Shown here: positions 60,455 through 64,000 of the stretch, piece after piece
Position numbering within the stretch: the first letter of the stretch is position 1
Layout: each line of letters begins with the position of its first letter
Source of the DNA: Candidatus Multivoradales bacterium
Lineage (GTDB): Bacteria > Acidobacteriota > Thermoanaerobaculia > Multivoradales > J023
Assembly: GCA_965248925.1 (NCBI GenBank)
Contig: CBDFLE010000006.1
Location: 2,496,001-2,560,000 of the forward strand
Length of the DNA: 64,000 bases
Reading direction: 5' to 3'
Made by a program: the position numbers and the translations under genes
The notes under the pieces: model-generated
What the model was told of the DNA's origin: nothing
What the model saw: only the letters and a program-made list of their open reading frames with translations
The model's database searches: none

Positions 60455-60706
60455 ATGCGGCAATTAAGACTGGACAAGGAGAGCAAGCGTCTCCGCCTAC
60501 TGCTGCGAGAGATCCGCCACGAGCGCGGCATTACCCAGGTCGAGTTGGCCGCTCGGCTAGGGGTGCCGCAGTCATATGTTTCTAAAGTCGAGACCGGGGA
60601 ACGCCAGCTGGAGTTCGTGGCGGTGGAAGTGGTGTGCGCGGCGATGGGGCTGGGATTCGTGGATTTTGTCGGGCGGTGGGAAGAAGTGACCGCCAACGAC
60701 TCCTAG
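60455..60706 (+). CDS. XRE-family HTH regulator
   Basis: 'REIRHERGITQVELAARLGVPQSYVSKVETGER'. Confidence 0.88.
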   Translation: MRQLRLDKESKRLRLLLREIRHERGITQVELAARLGVPQSYVSKVETGERQLEFVAVEVVCAAMGLGFVDFVGRWEEVTANDS

Positions 60707-60743
60707 GAGAAACCGCGACGGCTGATCATTATGAAGCAACCGT

Positions 60744-62276
60744 TCAGATTTCCATCACCGCCGCCACGTCGTCGTCCAGGGCATCACCCTGTGGTGAGCC
60801 GGTCCACCAAGAAACTAGAAACAACACCGAAAACGACGCCGCCAACGACACCACCGAGGGCAATACACCGGCCTGTAGAAAGCTGGCTTTGGGCAACGCC
60901 GGAAAGTAGGTCTGCTTGGCCAAGAACTCAAGCACCAGATTGAGGCCCATGCCGGTGACAATCGAAGCGCTAGCAGCGGCGGCGTTGACCCGTTTCCAAT
61001 TCAAACCAACAACAATCGAGGGCGCCAGCGCAGCAGCAAAGGTGCCAAAGGCGAAGGTGCCCAGCAAGGCGATGAGGTCGCCATAGAGCAAGGCGAAACC
61101 GGCCGCCGCCAACGCTAGACCAACCACCGCCCAGCGGCCCCAAAAGAGCTGCCGCGAAAGGGGCCTGCCGCAGGCTCGCGGCAGGTCTCGCACCAAAGCC
61201 GCCGAGCCAATATTGACCAGCGAATCAGCAGTCGACATGATCGCCGCCAAAATACCGGCGAAGACCAGCCCGGCGAGCAACTCGGGAACGAAGCCAAGCA
61301 AGAAAAGCGGCGAGGCGTCGTCCGGATTGGCCAGCGGCAGTAGCTGACCCTGGGCCACCAAAGCCGGCACTGCGAGCCCAATACCGAGCCAGATCAACAC
61401 ACACAATGCCTGGGTCACGGCGATCACCAAGGGCAACCACTTGAGCTTGCGCGGGTCGTCCAGCATGTAGAACTTGTGCAACATCTGCGGCTGGCCCAAG
61501 GTGCCAACCGCGAAGACAAAAAAGAAGCCCATCGCGGTGAAGAGCGGCAGCCGGCCCAGCGGATCGAGGAATGTCGGACCGAATACATCGGAGTCGGCAA
61601 TCGAGCGGGTGATCTCTCCCAAGCCACCACCCGAGCGCAAGGCGTAGAAGAACACCGAGCCCGCCGCCAGCACCATCAGCGACCCTTGCACCAAGTCGGT
61701 GTAGACGCCGGCCAACATGCCGCCGCCAGTAGCGTAGAGCAGCACCACGACTAACCCAACACCCATCGCCACCGGCAAACTCCAAGGCCCGAGGATCTCG
61801 CGGGTGCCGAAGATCGCCTCGATGATCACCCCCATGGCCAACAGCTGGGCAGCCAAATAGCTGACACTGCCCACCACCACGGCCACCGCGGCCAGCCCCG
61901 AGGCCAACCGGCTGCGGTAACGCACTAAGATAGCGTCGGGAACGGTGAACACCTCGCGCACTTCCGCCAGCAAGCGCAGTCGCTTGGCCACCGTCCAGCA
62001 TAGCAAGGCGGCAGTGAAACTCACCGGCAAGCAGATAAAGAGCGACGCCATCCCCAAGCGGTAGGTCAACCCCGGACCGCCAATGAAAACGAAGCCGCTG
62101 AAAGCCGCCGACATGGTCGCCAAACCGGTGACCAGCAGGCCTATGCCCTGACCGGCGATGAAGAAATCACGTACATTGCGGGTACGGCGCGCCGCCCATA
62201 GGCCGATTGCCAACACCACCACCAGGTAGACCAAGGAGGTAGCGATGATCACCGGCCTAGCTACCAACGGGTTCAT
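60744..62276 (-). CDS. Sodium:solute symporter (PutP/PanF-like)
   Basis: 'DFFIAG', 'SGFVFIGGPG', 'TDLVQG', 'AAIMSTADS'. Confidence 0.92.
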   Translation of the reverse strand: MNPLVARPVIIATSLVYLVVVLAIGLWAARRTRNVRDFFIAGQGIGLLVTGLATMSAAFSGFVFIGGPGLTYRLGMASLFICLPVSFTAALLCWTVAKRLRLLAEVREVFTVPDAILVRYRSRLASGLAAVAVVVGSVSYLAAQLLAMGVIIEAIFGTREILGPWSLPVAMGVGLVVVLLYATGGGMLAGVYTDLVQGSLMVLAAGSVFFYALRSGGGLGEITRSIADSDVFGPTFLDPLGRLPLFTAMGFFFVFAVGTLGQPQMLHKFYMLDDPRKLKWLPLVIAVTQALCVLIWLGIGLAVPALVAQGQLLPLANPDDASPLFLLGFVPELLAGLVFAGILAAIMSTADSLVNIGSAALVRDLPRACGRPLSRQLFWGRWAVVGLALAAAGFALLYGDLIALLGTFAFGTFAAALAPSIVVGLNWKRVNAAAASASIVTGMGLNLVLEFLAKQTYFPALPKASFLQAGVLPSVVSLAASFSVLFLVSWWTGSPQGDALDDDVAAVMEI

Positions 62277-62797
62277 CGGTGCGCAGTTCTTGACCGTGGC
62301 GGATCGACCTCCGGCTCCGCCGCGCTACCGCCGGTCCGCCGTTGCAGTTCTTCGAGATCGCTGGCGCGCAATGCCCAGCTGTCGAAGGTCCAGGCATAGC
62401 CCAGAGAACTCACCAGCATCGGTAGCAGGCCCAAGCCGATGAGTTGCAAGACAACACCCGCGGGCAACCCCCACCATCGCGGACCCTGCCCGACCTGGCC
62501 GGCAAACCACAGCATGCCACCAACGGAACCCAGCGCCAGCGCGACGAGCAGCGCCAGTGGCCAGCGCACGGGCCCCAAGCGACCTCCGCGAGCGACACCC
62601 AAGGCGATCAGCAGGAAAGGGAACAAGGTCGACGACAAGGCGAAAAGTACCGCCGATGGCCGGCCCGGTACAACACAAGTCACCAAGATGACCAACGAGG
62701 CGACCGCCAGAGAGATCGGAGCCCAGTTGGGAGCACTCGCCCGGACCCGTCCGGCGTTTTCTGGCTGGCTTTGGGCGACGGTAAATGGTCCTGTCAT
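62273..62797 (-). CDS. Membrane protein co-transcribed with the symporter
   Basis: Four hydrophobic segments, ATGA overlap. Confidence 0.65.
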   Translation of the reverse strand: MTGPFTVAQSQPENAGRVRASAPNWAPISLAVASLVILVTCVVPGRPSAVLFALSSTLFPFLLIALGVARGGRLGPVRWPLALLVALALGSVGGMLWFAGQVGQGPRWWGLPAGVVLQLIGLGLLPMLVSSLGYAWTFDSWALRASDLEELQRRTGGSAAEPEVDPPRSRTAHR

Positions 62798-63116
62798 GGG
62801 TGCCTCTATTCGCTAGCCGTGCAAACCACCGGAAAGCCTTCTAGAGGCCGGGATGGTACCACCATGGTAAGCATCCGTACTCTCAGGTCTGGGCGGTCTA
62901 GCACCGCGCCAGTTTGGCTACCGAGATTGCACCCACCGTCCTCGATCGCTGTCATCCAGGCGCCATCAATCCCAACAGCACCCTCGTCATGGAAACCGCT
63001 CAACGGCTCTGATCCGCCGCAAAAGAGACGGGAAGTCCACCCCAGGCGGAAGTTTTTCCCATCCAATGAACCCTCCGAAAACGAATAGAATCAACAGGAC
63101 AACCGCATCAAGGCTT

Positions 63117-63131
63117 TGGCACGATATGTGC
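63117..63131 (+). promoter_or_regulatory. Sigma-54-type promoter
   Basis: TGGCACGATATGTGC (GG-N10-GC), ending 27 bp upstream of the sigma ATG. Confidence 0.55.
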
Positions 63132-63158
63132 TTGTCCTATATAGCGGAGGAACGGACC

Positions 63159-63791
63159 ATGCAGGTCGAGCAACCCATGAGCAATCCCGCGCCACAGCAT
63201 CTTGGCTGGAATTTCGAGGCATCGGCTATTCCCTTTGTCGACGCGCTTTACAACATGGCCTATCGCCTGGCCCGCAATGCCGAAGACGCCGAGGACCTGG
63301 TCCAGGAGACCTACCTCAAGGCCTACAAGTACTACGACAAGTTCGAGCCGGGGACCAATCTCAAGGCTTGGCTGTTCAAAATTTTGAAGAACACCTTCAT
63401 CAATGGGTACCGCAAGCGCCAGAACCAACCACCCCAGAGCGCTTTCTCAGACATTGAAGAGTCGTTCGAGAGCCTGGTCAGCGACGAGGCCGGGCGAAAT
63501 TCCAAAACTCCCGAGGAAGAAGTCCTCGACAAGGTGCTCGACGAAGATGTGCAAGAGGCTCTGAGTAGTCTTTCGGAAGACTACCGAATGGTCATCGACT
63601 TGGTAGACCTGGAAGGGTTCTCCTACAAGGAGGCCGCGTCGATCCTGGAGGTGCCAGTGGGTACGGTGATGAGCCGCCTCTACCGCGGCCGACGAATGCT
63701 GGAACAGGCCCTGCTGCTCTATGCCCGGGGCCACGGCTATTTACGCACCGGCGAGCCGAGCAAGATGCGCACCCGCAAAGGAGCCGCTTGA
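63159..63791 (+). CDS. ECF sigma factor (SigH/SigR-like)
   Basis: '[36 protein letters not shown]', '[11 protein letters not shown]'. Confidence 0.93.
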   Translation: MQVEQPMSNPAPQHLGWNFEASAIPFVDALYNMAYRLARNAEDAEDLVQETYLKAYKYYDKFEPGTNLKAWLFKILKNTFINGYRKRQNQPPQSAFSDIEESFESLVSDEAGRNSKTPEEEVLDKVLDEDVQEALSSLSEDYRMVIDLVDLEGFSYKEAASILEVPVGTVMSRLYRGRRMLEQALLLYARGHGYLRTGEPSKMRTRKGAA

Positions 63792-63963
63792 GCCCTTCGA
63801 GAAGCCAAACCAATGCAGCGTGGAATAAGCCCTGCGGACTGCGGGTTGGAAGAGCCGGGCACAGTTGCAACAACACCGGCACCATCGCTCCCGCGCAGTC
63901 GTAGACCAGGCAACGGACAACCTCTGAGCACCCGGAACGCAAGCATGAACGGACCCCGCAAGC

Positions 63964-64000
63964 ATGAATTGTAAGCAGGTCACGGAAGAGTTGGTCTTCC
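63964..64000 (+). CDS. Probable zf-HC2 anti-sigma factor (start only)
   Basis: MNCKQVTEELVF... immediately downstream of the ECF sigma. Confidence 0.5.
   Translation, partial: MNCKQVTEELVF

Overview
High-GC bacterial chromosome window. The gene families suggest Acidobacteriota (Thermoanaerobaculia-like), but this is inference. Left to right: (1) an ECF sigma/anti-sigma/ybjQ operon; (2) a large surface-glycan locus (GT2/GT4, PIG-L-GT2-coiled-coil fusion, GNAT, methyltransferase, 2OG-Fe oxygenase, wzm/wzt) interleaved with two paralogous secreted S-layer-like genes; (3) a TPR/secreted protein/XRE cluster and an M23 peptidase; (4) a complete F1Fo ATP synthase operon; (5) an Rhs toxin locus with lipoprotein immunity genes and orphan modules; (6) AraC-TPR and XRE regulators, an SSS symporter and a second ECF sigma. 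The most striking structure is a triple-nested mobile island at 6089-18367, resolvable to the base. Outer element A is an IS1-family cargo transposon (TSD CGCCGAAC). A sister element B (12530-17638, TSD AGCCTACC) sits inside A's radC gene, and an IS21 (8015-10915, TSD GTTGAC) sits inside A's deleted transposase. A and B share a fixed plan: TIR, small ORF plus radC/JAB, a conserved stem-loop, variable cargo, transposase, a divergent RHH repressor with its own phased operators, then variable cargo including candidate small RNAs. Second highlight: apparently Sec-exported Rhs toxins carry a cysteine-bracketed 'DGFESGD' motif inside the Rhs core, shared with a secreted surface protein in the same window.
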